Shown here piece by piece: positions 51,562 to 63,244 of a stretch of DNA of 64,000 nt (its first letter is position 1; each line of letters opens with the position of its first letter). The position numbers were made by a program, and so were the translations under genes. Source of the DNA: Octopus sinensis (taxonomy: Eukaryota); the NCBI RefSeq assembly GCF_006345805.1, contig NW_021832227.1:372001-436000 (forward strand), read 5' to 3'. The notes beneath the pieces are model-generated. The model had not been told where the DNA came from. It saw nothing but the letters and a program-made list of their open reading frames with translations, and made no database searches.

Positions 51562-52552
51562 TGTGACCGGTTGAATACGAGCCCAGGTTGAATACGAGCC
51601 GTTAAACGAGCCGTTAAACGAGCCGTTAAAGTGGCGTAAGTGGCGTTATACGAGCCGTGAATGCCGTTAATTCATATTAGGGTTAGGGTCAGGGTTAGGG
51701 TCAGGTTTAGGGTTAAAGTCAGGGTTAGGGTCAGGTTTAGGGTCAGGTTTAGGGTCAGGTTTAGGGTCAGGTTTAGGGTCAGGGTTAGGGTCAGGTTTAG
51801 GGTCAGGGTTAGGGTCAGGGTTAGGGTCAGGTTTAGGGTTAGGGTCAGGTTTAGGGTTAGGGTCAGGTTTAGGGTCAGGTTTAGGGTCAGGTTTAGGGTC
51901 AGGTTTAGGGTTAGGGTCAGGTTTAGGGTTAGGGTCAGGTTTAGGGTTAGGGTCAGGTTTAGGGTTAGGGTCAGGTTAGGGTCAGGTTTAGGGTCAGGGT
52001 TAGGGTCAGGGTTAGGGTCAGGTTTAGGGTCAGGGTTAGGGTCAGGTTTAGGGTTAGGGTCAGGTTTAGGGTTAGGGTCAGGTTTAGGGTTAGGGTCAGG
52101 TTTAGGGTTAGGGTCAGGTTTAGGGTTAGGGTCAGGTTTAGGGTTAGGTACGTTATTAATGCCGTTAAATCATAATTTTTTAATGGAAAAAAACTATTTT
52201 GAATATAATTTATGTTGTCACTTGCCAACGTTAGGGTTTGTGTTAAGGTAAGAGTTAAGGTTGTTACAAAGTTGCCAAAAAATTAGATGTAAATTATAAT
52301 TTGCTAATGTTGCAATTTTTATTATCGAAAATAAAAATAATTCACATTATAATTTGCTATTGTTGTAAATAATTTTACTATTTTACAGCAAGCATGGTTC
52401 AAATATAAAACATCATTTTTTCAAAAATTTAAAGTTCGTTCATTAGTTCGGAACGTTTGTCTTTATATTAATTGGCCTCTTGAATCGGTCTATTAATTAT
52501 CGATTTTTTTAGCGGCTCGTATTCAACCCTATCTCATTATGAACCGGTCACA
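51562..52552. mobile_element. Non-autonomous TGT..ACA element with internal telomere-like array
   Basis: TIRs tgtgaccggtt/aaccggtcaca, TSD tgtaa, repeated acgagcc subterminal motif. Confidence 0.88.
51677..52148 (+). repeat. Telomere-like hexamer array (TTAGGG, TCAGGT, TCAGGG; 12- and 18-nt higher order)
   Basis: Directly visible, about 470 bp. Confidence 0.97.
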
Positions 52553-53134
52553 TGTAATAATAGGTTTTGTAAAAAATATCTCAGAATATCATACTATAGT
52601 CAATATTTTAAATGGCCAACCTGTACAGACATCTTCAAGACAAATAAAATATAAATTAACTAAAAAATCCACTAAATTTATTGTCATTGATGACTGCTTA
52701 TACCTCAAAGACGAAAGATTTCAAAAGCACAAACTAGTTATTTGCATGGATAATGAGAGTGAGATGCAAACTATTGCAGATTCTATTCACCGGAATAGCC
52801 ATTCTGGAATTCGTAAACTGCAACAGGAATGTTTACACTCCTATTTTACAATAAAGCGTAAAATTATCGAAAGAGTCGTCAAAGAGTGCTCAATATGCAA
52901 GTTTTCCATTCCACTTAAAGTATAAAATAAAAAACTTATATAGCAGGTTTCAGATTCTAAGTACCATGTGATTGCCAAAAGACCAAATGAACGATTCCAA
53001 GCAGACCTTATAGACGTTAAAAAATTTAACGATTCGAACGATGGCTACAAATGGATATTTACCGTCATTGATCTTTACAGTAAGTATGCCATTGTAAAGG
53101 AGTTAAAAATAAATCTGCAATAAGTATATTTATG

Positions 53135-53721
53135 GGTACTTTTGTCGAAGTGGTCGCAGTTTTTTAGAAGATAATTAAAATTAATTAATTTTTTTAGTGA
53201 AAAATAGATTATTTAATTTATAACCCTCTATCAATAATTTAAATGGTTATTAAAATTATTTAAAAATTTATTTAACCAATTTAGTCATTTTTAGTACGCG
53301 ACATCCAAATTCCAGGACTGTAGAAGGAATTTATGTCTTTTACAATCTGTGCAAACATTCCTTATAGTTCTGTATTTGTTTTCGCCACATAAATTCTGAA
53401 AAAATAACTAACTAAAAAACCTGCGAAATAAGATCCCAGATGATGTCTTACAGCTCCTCTTTGAGCTTTATTCTTGCATTTTGCACTTCCCCACATTCGT
53501 TCTACTGTCTGGGTGTGCACTCCCGTCGTTGGATCCATGCACTGCATCCTCCTTACTTATTGGGAGCTTAGAAAAAAATTAGAAAATAAATTAGTAAAAA
53601 ATTTAATATATTTTAAATTATTGATAGAGCGACTTAAATAAAATATAATATATTCCACCTCAAAAATTATTAGATTTTTTAAAAGGCCTAAAAAAACTGC
53701 GACCACTTCGACAAAAGTACC
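53135..53721 (-). mobile_element. Merlin (ISXO2/IS1016-like) deletion derivative
   Basis: TIRs ggtacttttgtcgaagtggtcgcagttttt, 8-bp TSD tatttatg, DPTTGVHTQTVERMW. Confidence 0.92.
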
Positions 53722-54593
53722 TATTTATGTTTTATATTGGAATTTAAATATTTGTGAGGCTTTCGAAGAAATTTGTTCAGAAATCGGCTTTTGCGAGATT
53801 CTACAAACAGATAATGGAACTGAGTTTAGGAATAAATATCTCGATTCTTTTTGCACGAAAAACAAAATCCAACATATTTACGGAAGACCAAATCATCCTC
53901 AATCACAAGTAATGACACAATATTTATCTGTTTCATGGTATCGTGGAAAGATTTAATCAAACTTTAACACGAAATCTTTCAAAGCTGATGAGTGAAGAAT
54001 CAACTAAAAACTGGATCCAAATTATTAAACGAAGCACTTTTACATATAACACGACTATTCATTCTTCTATAAATGAAACACCATTTAAAAAACTAAGAGG
54101 AGTTTCTGGTATAAACACCGTCATTCATAAAAGTTTTTTTAATTTTTTTAATTTCAAAGAAAGTGAGTGTTCGGATGATTTTTATCATATATATCATCAG
54201 AGGATATGAATGTAGAAAATATTTTAGATGTTTCAGGTAAATTTTGAATAACATATGCTAGACAACTTGGATGCTAGTGATTTTATATTGAATTTTTCTC
54301 CACCTAATTTAAATTCACCATATTTTAAACGCATGAATAAAAAAATGAATGTTCATCAATCGAAATACGATTTTTCAATTGGGAGCGGAGTATTTTTAGT
54401 GAATAATTTTTAGGTTAGAGTTCTAAAGGATTTTGGGACAAATAATTCCCTAAGGCTAAACCGATTTTAAATCCCCATATGGAGAAACTGCTGAAGTTGT
54501 TCAAATTTTGTCAAACAATCGACTAGAGGTCTATTTTATTATTATTTTATTTAACAGATTAAAACAAGTTCAGGGAAGTCTAAATAGTTAATA

Positions 54594-55198
54594 TGTCGCG
54601 AGCGCAGCGCGCGACCGAGCGCTAGACGCGACTTTAACACCTAACAAGCCTATCATCAACAAATATTTATTAAATTATTTAAAATTTTAACATGATTTAA
54701 AATTAAAATTGAAATAACTTAAGTTTTCCATTGAATCCCATAAAATAATTTATAAGTAGACCTTAATAGAAAAAGTTAAAATCAATGAATACTGAACGCT
54801 AATTTGGTTTAGATTGTGAGGGGGGTAATAATTTGACAGATCTCATTGCTATTTTTTCGTTTTAATCTCTAAAATTAGGTCTTCTAATCAAAAATGAACT
54901 GTGCAGACGGCTTGCTCCTTCAGAAGATTCTTGTTTTGACATTTTTATAAATTATGAAGCATTTAGATTTTTTCTCATTATTCTAAAATATCAATTATAA
55001 ATTTTAAAATATTATTTTTATTTATGAATCGGTTTTAAAGCTCATTCTTCTTTGGCATCGATTTTAATTTTTGTTATCGAATATATTTAATCCCAAATAC
55101 AAGCCTGGGTATTTGTCAATTTATAGATTTTTTGATTGATCGGATCTAGAAATTGAGTGGTCGCTCGCTGCGCTCGGTCGCGCGCTGCGCTCGCGACA
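54594..55198. mobile_element. MITE-like TGTCGCG..CGCGACA element, copy 1
   Basis: TIR tgtcgcgagcgcagcgcgcgaccgagcgc, TSD taata. Confidence 0.9.
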
Positions 55199-55329
55199 TA
55201 ATATGAATCAAGTTAAAAAAACGTAGACGCTTTATTTTAATAAATTTTTATTGTTGAAACGATTATTGATTAGAAATCATTGCAATTAAATTTTTTTTTT
55301 GATCAAATTAAGTATATGTTAAAAAAATC

Positions 55330-55670
55330 GATTGAATAATTAGTATGACCCTAGGATAGCGTGTGAATTTCCGCGGACAATTGCACACGAAATCCTCTGG
55401 AAGAGCCACGACGTCTCCCGCGGATCACCTGTTTTTTTGGTGATTAGACCACCCAATCTTCGAATGAACGAAAAACTCTCTGTTCCAAAGACTCCGGAAG
55501 TCTCCACAGCGATCGGCTGGAAAAGATATTTGTCTGCCAGGAAAGAGTATTTCTTTTTCTTCAACTCTTCAGAACGTTTTGCAGCAGAGCCAGGAGAGGA
55601 TGCCGAACTTCCGAATGAAGAAGGTCCAAACGTGTCAGGGCAGGTAAAATCCCAAACAACAGGCATTATT
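55330..55670 (-). mobile_element. CRE-clade 3' fragment inserted beside the Ginger right TIR
   Basis: VWDFTCPDT..KKKY..PIAVETSG..WLFQRISCAIVRGN. Confidence 0.85.
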
Positions 55671-56079
55671 ATTTATTGACAGGTGACATGTAACCACCAT
55701 GGGATGGGTAGCTCGTGTGTGACGCGACATATTAAGCTTTTTAAGTCAATTCTAAGAAGAATATCTTCGGTAGTCATAAATAATGGAGGATGACTAAATA
55801 TTAAATTTTTGGATAATTTGTCTTTCGTTATTGAAGTGTGCTTCTAACATATGAACGATGTATTATTTTGAGTTTCTTAGTAAATACACATTATAAACTA
55901 AATGTGCTCAAAAATTTTAGGTTAAGATTTTTTATTCAATAGTTTGTTATTAACAAAAAACTTTTTTCAAAAAATGACAAATAAGTGCCTTTTTTAGGGA
56001 AAAAATAGGGTGCCTCTTACATTTGGACGGGACTGTAGTTTTCTAAAAATTTTTGAATGAAATCTGATATATTTATTAC

Positions 56080-56270
56080 CTACTTGAACATTGTCAACAA
56101 AGAAATGATTTAAAAAACCATAAAATTGTCCTCTTGCTTGACAGCGCAAGTTGTTACAAGAATAATAATTTTTTTCTAACATTGAGCTATTTTTTCTTCA
56201 AAAAGTGCAACATCATTAATTCATCCCTTAGACATGAGATTTATTAAATCGTTCAAATCCTTGAAAAGAA
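56080..56270 (+). mobile_element. Decayed pogo DDE remnant
   Basis: KIVLLLDSASC..IELFFL..TSLIHPLD..IKSFK across frameshifts. Confidence 0.55.
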
Positions 56271-57173
56271 CATTTTCAATTTTTTCTTGAAGCTTTGAAA
56301 GATTATTATAATTTTAGAATAATATTAGGAATGTAAATGAAAAAATTTGCAACCGGAAAAAAATTAACAGACTATCGTCAAATAAATTTGTTTTTAACAT
56401 GATTCTGAAAAATCTAAAACAAATTATTTATATATAAATTTAATAAAAAGCAAATTTAAATTTTCAAACTGTGGATAAATCTAAAAAAATGTCAAACTTC
56501 TATTTTTAGGGAAACCTTCGTTTTGGGGGCATTTTTTAAATTTTGTATTAATCTTTTCAATCTAAAGAAAATTGAATTTCTTTGTCACCAGCATTACTTC
56601 ATAATGAAAAGTATGGTCATAAAAGAGTCATTTCCAGCAAAATAAGTTTAAAAGTTTATTTAAAATCTTATTCATTTATTATTTATCAAAAATTAAAATA
56701 CATATAATTCCGTATAATTTTCAACAGATATCTGTGATAGATCAAGAGTTTTCAACTTTTTTAGTTCAAGGGCCAAATCGATAATTAAGAGTATCTTTCG
56801 AGCCACATAAAAAATATTTTATTTAATTAAAGAAAAGTGGCTTTATTACGTAATAAGAAAATTAATGTGAGACTTGATTTGGCTTGGCATCTACTATTTT
56901 ATCAAAACGAAAAGTACAGTTCAAAGACGATGTACGTAGAAGTTGAATTAGGTATTCATTAGTCAATCGATTTCGATACTTACTTTTACATCAACATTCT
57001 GATCTTTCAGACATTTGAATTTTATGGTATGCAAAAGTTTGTATTCAATCGTATCATCAACCAACTCGTCTGAGCAGTTTTGATAATTCCGCACAAATAC
57101 TTTCTTTGTTTTCAATATTATATTTAAAAACTAGAAATTCTGCGACGAGGAAAAAAATAAAATTCTAATAATA

Positions 57174-57780
57174 TGTCGCGAGCGCAGCGAGCGACCGAGC
57201 GCAGCGAGCGACCACTCAATTTCTAGATCCGATCAATCAAAAAATCTATAAATTGACAAATACCTAGGCTTGTATTTGGGATTAAATATATTCGATAACA
57301 AAAATTAAAATCGATGCCAAAGCAGAATGAGCTTTAAAACCGATTTCATAAATAAAAATAATATTTTAAAATTTATAATTGATATTTTAGAATAATGAGA
57401 AAAAATCTAAATGCTTCATAATTTATTAAAATGTCAAAACAAGAATCTTCTGAAGGAGCACGCCTGTCAGCACAGTTCATTTTTGATTAGAAGACCTAAT
57501 TTTAGAGATTAAAACGAAAAAATAACAATGAGATCTGTCAAATTATTACCCCCCCTCACAACCTAAACCAAATTAGCGTTCAGTATTCATTGATTTTACT
57601 TTTTCTATTAAGGTCTACTTATAAATTATTTTATGGGATTCAATGGAAAACTTAAGTTATTTCAATTTTAATTTTAAATCATGTTAAAATTTTAAGTAAT
57701 TTAATAAATATATTGTTGATGATAGGTTGTTAGCTGTCAAAGTCGCGTCTAGCGCTCGGTCGCGCGCTGCGCTCGCGACA
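57174..57780. mobile_element. MITE-like TGTCGCG..CGCGACA element, copy 2 (inverted relative to copy 1)
   Basis: Near-identical reverse complement of 54594-55198; TSD taata. Confidence 0.9.
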
Positions 57781-57846
57781 TAATATAACAAAAATAATGA
57801 ATTTCGATGATCATTTCATTTCGCCTTCGGATTATTCTTTATTGAT

Positions 57847-58039
57847 TGGATCCAAAGCCCTCAAACTTCTCTCAAAGATTAGTTTAATCATCTCGAGAAG
57901 AAGCTACGACAGTCGTGAAACAAGCTGACTTTTTCAGCGGATATCGTTCGCGATATTACGTGGAAATTGCCTGTCCATCCGCTCGGTGACTCATCTAATT
58001 TAGTTAGCTTCTCTAATAAATAATCAATAACTAAAAAAA
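57847..58039 (+). mobile_element. Truncated 3' copy of the adjacent CRE element
   Basis: Matches 60935-61094 with scattered substitutions. Confidence 0.88.
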
Positions 58040-58051
58040 TTCTTTATTGAT

Positions 58052-61000
58052 ATTGTATTAATACAACAGTGGCCTCAATTTTTGCACGTTGTTGGTGTGG
58101 TGCACTTTTTCTTTTCATTTGTTATTCAATAATCCATGGTTGTAATTGTCATCTATCTAATAATTATTCTCTGTCTATTCTTTTTCTGATCCTATGTCTC
58201 CCTGCAGCAAGTGCGAACTTACGTGCCCTCGGAAAAAGGGAAGGTATTGTTCTTCGTGCCAATTCTACTTCCACCTCTCCTGTGTCGGCTTATCGAAGAT
58301 CAGCTCGGCAAGCATCGCAAACTGGAAATGTTTTCGCTGTTCTTCTACTCCTCTGTACATCGAGGCCCCGACTCTTCCCAAAATACCTAAGGACCGGTCT
58401 TGTTCCAAAGCTCGCGAATTCCTCGTACTTTTGTCTCGTTTCCGGAAATCGAAGTCTATCCCGTCACACATTCCTAAATCGGCCAGGATCCAAGTGGCTA
58501 ACTCCTTAGCTCTGGCTATTGAGCGGGCTCTGGCTTCGAATTCTTGGAGCGATTGGCTCAAGTTTCTCTCATTTGTCCCTGTCTGTCTGGGCAGCCCTTT
58601 AAACGCCACTTTTCGTGGTGACCGCTTGTCCGTCTCGCAGCAAATTAAAACAAACTGCGAGTTTTTCAACAATTCAGAATTTGATATGAGCTATTTTTCC
58701 CTTGATGCTGCTGAAAGGCTCCCTCGTCCAATTCGGAGCACTCAGGACATTTCTCGAATGGTTCGCAGCAAGCTTATGCAAGGCGACGTTCGGAGTGCAG
58801 TACGTGTTATTTCCTCGAACACCACAATTGCCCCCCCTTCTGACAAAATCCTCGACCAATTGCGCTCTAAACACCCCGGCGCCCCGGATGATCTATCTGA
58901 AATCCCAGATCTGGTGACTGATTCTATATATCCCGTCTCTTCGACGGAAGTAACTGCCGCCCTCAGCTCTTTCCCATTCGGTAGCAGTGGGGGTATCGAT
59001 GGCTTGAAACCGATTCATATAAAAGATCTGATTTCCCCTGTGACTGCAGAGGGTGGAAGACGCTTATTGTTGGCCATCACTTCCCTCTGCTCAAGAATCA
59101 TCTCTGGTACGATCCCTCCTTTCGCTAGGGACGTACTCTTTTCCGCAAATCTGACTGCTCTTAACAAAAGTGATGGTGGTGTACGGCCTATCGCTGTGGG
59201 CAACATCTTCAGACGCCTTGCTGCTAAAATTATTTGTCAATCAGTGGTTCCGGAAGCAAGTGCTAAGCTTATGCCAATTCAAGTGGGCGTGAAAGGAGCC
59301 TGCGAAGCAGCCGCCCATGGCATACGGCAGCTGTCTTCTGCAAAATGTACTGAAATCCCATTCCTCCTTAAAATTGATGTCAAAAACGCGTTCAACTCGA
59401 TTCGGCGCGATCATATCCTTGAAACTGTCCGATGTCGTTTCCCTGCCTTATATCCGATCGTCCATCTGTCTTACGCCTCCCCCAGCTGTCTCTTGTTTGC
59501 CGACAATGTTATTATGTCCGAAACTGGTATTCAACAAGGCGATCCTCTTGGGCCCCTTTTATTCTCACTCCGTGTTGATCACATTGCCCGCCAATTGTCC
59601 TCCGAGGTAAACATTTGGTACCTCGATGATGTTACTCTCGGCGGGACTTTGGAGACCGTCAGGAATGATATAGGAAAAATTATTTCTGGTTTTGCCTCCA
59701 TTGGGCTCGCTTTGAATAGATCCAAATCCGAGCTGATATGCTTGTCTGCGAGCCCTTCGGAATTCAAACTTATTTTTTCCACCTTATCTCACCATATTGA
59801 AGGCCTGGGCATCACCCAGCTTGATGACCTCATCATTCTGGGTTCCCCAATCAATAGCAAGGCTACTAAGAAGGCTTTATGTGACACGCTCGAAGAATTG
59901 GAAACTCTAATCTCCCGCATTTCCAAACTTGAATCCCATTTGGGTCTTTTCTTGCTCAAGAACTATCTCTTTATACCGAAGCTAACTTATCTCATGCGCT
60001 CATCGTCCTGCTTTCTCGAACAAAATCACTTGTCTTGTCTCGACAACATGGTCTCCAAAGCTCTTGAGCTTCTCGTAAATATCAAATTCAAACCTTCAGA
60101 CATGCGACGGGTTAATTTACCTATTCGTTACGTGGGCATCGGCATTCGCTCTTGTGTTGATTTATCCCTCCCATGTTACCTTTCCTCGTTGTCTGCCTCT
60201 GCTAGTTCCTTCAACTCTGTTCTCTTCCCCTCCCCTGAACAGCCCGAGTTGTTGGAATATACGGCGGGTGTCAACATGTGGATTTCTTGTGGGCTTAAAA
60301 TCCCGGACGCCCCCTCAGTTCAAAAGAACTGGGATGATATATATTGCTCCCATGTACTCGAAGACATCCGCCTACGTGCTGACCAATTTCAGTTGGCAAG
60401 CATCAATTGTGCCTGTCAACCCCACTCGGGCGATTGGCTTGACGCTTTGCCGATTTCCTCGACTGGAATGTTGCTGGACGACGAATCTGTCCGCATCGGA
60501 ATCTGTTTACGGCTTGGCATAGAGATTTGCCAGCCGCACCATTGCAGATGTGGACAACTCATTGACAGGAGAGGTTTACACCCTCTCTCTTGTCGCCTCA
60601 GTGCCGGCAGGATCCCCAGGCACGCCTCATTGAATGACGTCGTGAAGCGCGCGCTTGACGCCGCTGGATTTCCCTCGATGCTGGAACCGATAGGACTAGA
60701 CCGTGGAGATGGAAAACGCCCTGACGGGTCGACCTTATTCCTGTTCAGGAAGGGAATGGCACTCGTGTGGGATGTTACCTGCGTAGACTCATTTTCTCCA
60801 TCATCGCTGGTTGACTCCGCTTCTCGTCCTGGATCTGCATCTGCCCTTGCCGAATCTAGGAAAACTGCAAAATATGCCTCTTTGACCGATTCCTGCTGCT
60901 TCATTCCCCTGGCTTTTGAGACCAGTGGGATAATTGGACCCAAAGCCCTCAAACTCCTCTCAGAGATTGGTTCAATCATCTCGAGGAGGAGTCATGACAG

Positions 61001-61122
61001 TCGCGAAACGAGCTGGCTTTTTCAGCGGATATCGTTCGCGATATTACGTGGAAATTGCCTGTCCATCCGCTCGGCGACTCATCTAAATTAGTTAATTTCT
61101 CTTCTCTATTTTTCTTGTATTT
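58052..61122 (+). mobile_element. Near full-length CRE-clade non-LTR retrotransposon (ORF 58194-61091: PHD finger, RT, CCHC, RLE)
   Basis: N-terminal CxxC..CxxC..FHLSCVG..WKCFRC; GGVRPIAVG, DVKNAFNS, QQGDPLGP, WYLDD; C-RCG..H..SC, RHASLN, KRPDG, WDVT; flanked by ttctttattgat. Confidence 0.92.
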
Positions 61123-61359
61123 TTCTTTATTGATTGAATGTCAGGTTACATTTTGCACTGTGGAACGATAAACGATGTAAAAAATTATTTTAAATTTTCA
61201 TAAGAGTAGTTTATGTATAAAAATAAAGTTGTAAATAATATTACTTAGGTCAAATTTTTAGTCAATTTTTAAAATTTTAAGGTCAATTAAATTGACGTTT
61301 AAAGGGCAATTTTTATTTCAAGTCAATAAAAATGTCGCCCTAATTATTATATCTAAAAT

Positions 61360-62100
61360 GATTTTTTGCTAGATACCTCCACGCTCTTCTTGAGGTTTCG
61401 AATTTTCTGAGGTTTCAGCATTTTCTAATTGTATTCCAGCATTTTTTAGGTCATCGTGTATAAATAGTGGCTGGGTTGTGCGTAGTTTGGTTTGAGAGCG
61501 GCCGCCGTTTAAGAAGTACAACTTCATTATTTTCTTTGCAAAAAAAGGAGTAGAATCTATTTTCAGAATATTTCCCAGTAGTTCCCATCAAGCGTTCTTT
61601 GTAGTAGTCCTCAAGCATTCAGATTTACAGTTACAGTATAGGTTCTTGTTGATCACCTTCGGATAGCGTAGTAGAGATTTTAGTTGTCATCTGTGAAATA
61701 TATTCAGGTCTTTAGTGCATTTATCATTCGAGCCCCACGTTCCGAGTTTTATTGCAGTATAGGTAGAACAAATACAGTGTATAGAATACTTTCACAAGTG
61801 TTGAAAGTGTGTATATTTGAACATCTTGCTAATTGTCAAATAATGATTCAAATTTATTATTCTTCATTTCTCATCTGCCATTTGGAATTCTCTTTTAGCA
61901 GCTATTTTCCAAATACACAATGAGCATGATTGAGCATTTTCCTGATCTCTTCAATGTTTTCTAAAACAAAGTCCTCATCATCCGCAAAGATCAGTTCAGG
62001 TATTCGACTCAGCCCAGGTAGATAACAAATAGTATTTGCGATAAGGAATTGCCTTGTTGAATTTGCAGGAGCTGCCTGAATCAGCCCAGACTTCTATTTT
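61360..62100 (-). mobile_element. Highly decayed RTE-like LINE remnant
   Basis: LIFADDEDF, LNIFHRxQL..YPKVINKNLY..RTT..AWR with many stops. Confidence 0.55.
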
Positions 62101-62350
62101 GGTGTTTGCAAATAGGACACGTATCATCATCAGACAGCTCTTGCACCAAGTAAACTTAGTATCTTTATTCTGCCATTAAAAAACGGTAATTTAATAGAAA
62201 AATAAAATATTTACCTACAAAACAATAAATGTGGTATTGGTGAAGTTATGCTAGATATCATGATATGACAGGCCACGAAGGCACTTGAACAAGTTAGTGG
62301 TTATCTGTCATAGTAGACGGATTATCGACTTTAAAAATCAAGACAAAAAG

Positions 62351-63244
62351 TTAAATAGTTCTATTTTTGACGGCTTTTCTCTGTCGCAATCTGAACAAAA
62401 AGGACAACGCAAAAGAGGCAGTGAAGGAAATCAACTACAAATAGTTTGCACTTTGAGAACTGTTATGAAGACAGAAATTATGACAGTACTCACAATATTG
62501 TGATTTTTAAATTTCTGCATCAATTTGGTATAGCAGCCCTAAAAATGAGTGGGGTACAGCATGTGCCTCCTTGTAAATGGCAGACATAACCCGACAATTC
62601 GCCTTCTCCGAACAACACGTGTTAGGGTAGCGTCGATTTTTCACAAAAAATGGGCTATGACTCCAATCCAGGAAAGAGTCGACTCCGCAGCAATCAAACT
62701 AAGGTTTGGCTTATTAATATACCTTGGCGGTTGTTTTCACAAACTCTAGTGATCCATAAATGTTTTCCCCAAAATTATAGACTTGGTCGATAAAGTGATG
62801 TTTGACAAGAAGTGCAATCTGCAGTCTATAAAAATAGGGGACACCTTGACTTTCCAAGTTATCACATAAATGTAAAGACTTATTTCAGTCAAAAGAGAAA
62901 ACAGAAGGCATCCGAACCCCTAAAATATTGATTTCAGATTAAAATACAATAAATAGTTCAATGTAACCTTTTCTGAATGATATTTTGACAAAAATAAGTG
63001 CCCGGCTGCTTTAAAGACGCTTTCCAGTATTATGAAGTAGGGAATTAAAAATATTCGATGTCTCCGGTTAGTCAAGACCCCTTCAAGAATTTTGATGACG
63101 GAGGCTGCAAAAAACACTTCCAGAATGCCGAGGATCTGGCAAATGTGATGAAAACCATACGATTAGTATTAAACTCAGGACAAGAATGAGATATCGGATT
63201 GTCGACATTTGAGTCATTGTTAAATATTTCGTCAAGGAAGCCAT
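62351..63244 (-). CDS. Tetraspanin with microintrons (one GC-AG at 62539-62566)
   Basis: Spliced product has TM1 IRYLILVLSLILI-ILGI, EC2 FDCCGVDSFLDW..YPNTCC..C..KEGC, a hydrophobic TM4 and a basic tail. Confidence 0.85.

Larger units (their letters stand above)
51358..55729 (+). mobile_element. Ginger2/TDD-like integrase DNA transposon (TGT..ACA) with microintrons and four nested insertions
   Basis: ~55-bp imperfect TIRs tgtcgcgtc..acatgtcacctgtcaat, 5-bp TSD tatta; HHCC (H..SH..CSIC), FQADLID, VIDLYSKY, LQTDNGTEF, GRPNHPQSQG.VERFNQTL. Confidence 0.9.
49753..56035 (+). mobile_element. Tc1-family transposon (DD35E spacing, long IR/DR termini) hosting nested insertions
   Basis: TIR cagtcccgtccaaatgt.agaggcaccctattttttccctaaaaaaggcacttatttgtc at both ends, TA TSD; FSDE..QQDGATCH..SPDLNIIE; C-terminus resumes after 55734 (KLFKSILRRISSVVINNGG). 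Confidence 0.93.

Noticed and set aside
51661-52251. 196-aa RVRVRF/LGSG ORF, or a true chromosome end
   Set aside because: Translation of a hexamer repeat lying inside a TIR- and TSD-bounded element.
57190-57210. cgaccgagcgcagcgag resembles pUC origin sequence
   Set aside because: It is part of a repeated MITE terminal motif present in both copies with TSDs; not vector.
57847-61122. LTR-like direct repeats around the CRE ORF
   Set aside because: The repeat is diverged coding 3' end without TG..CA, PBS or PPT; a tandem truncated insertion explains it better.
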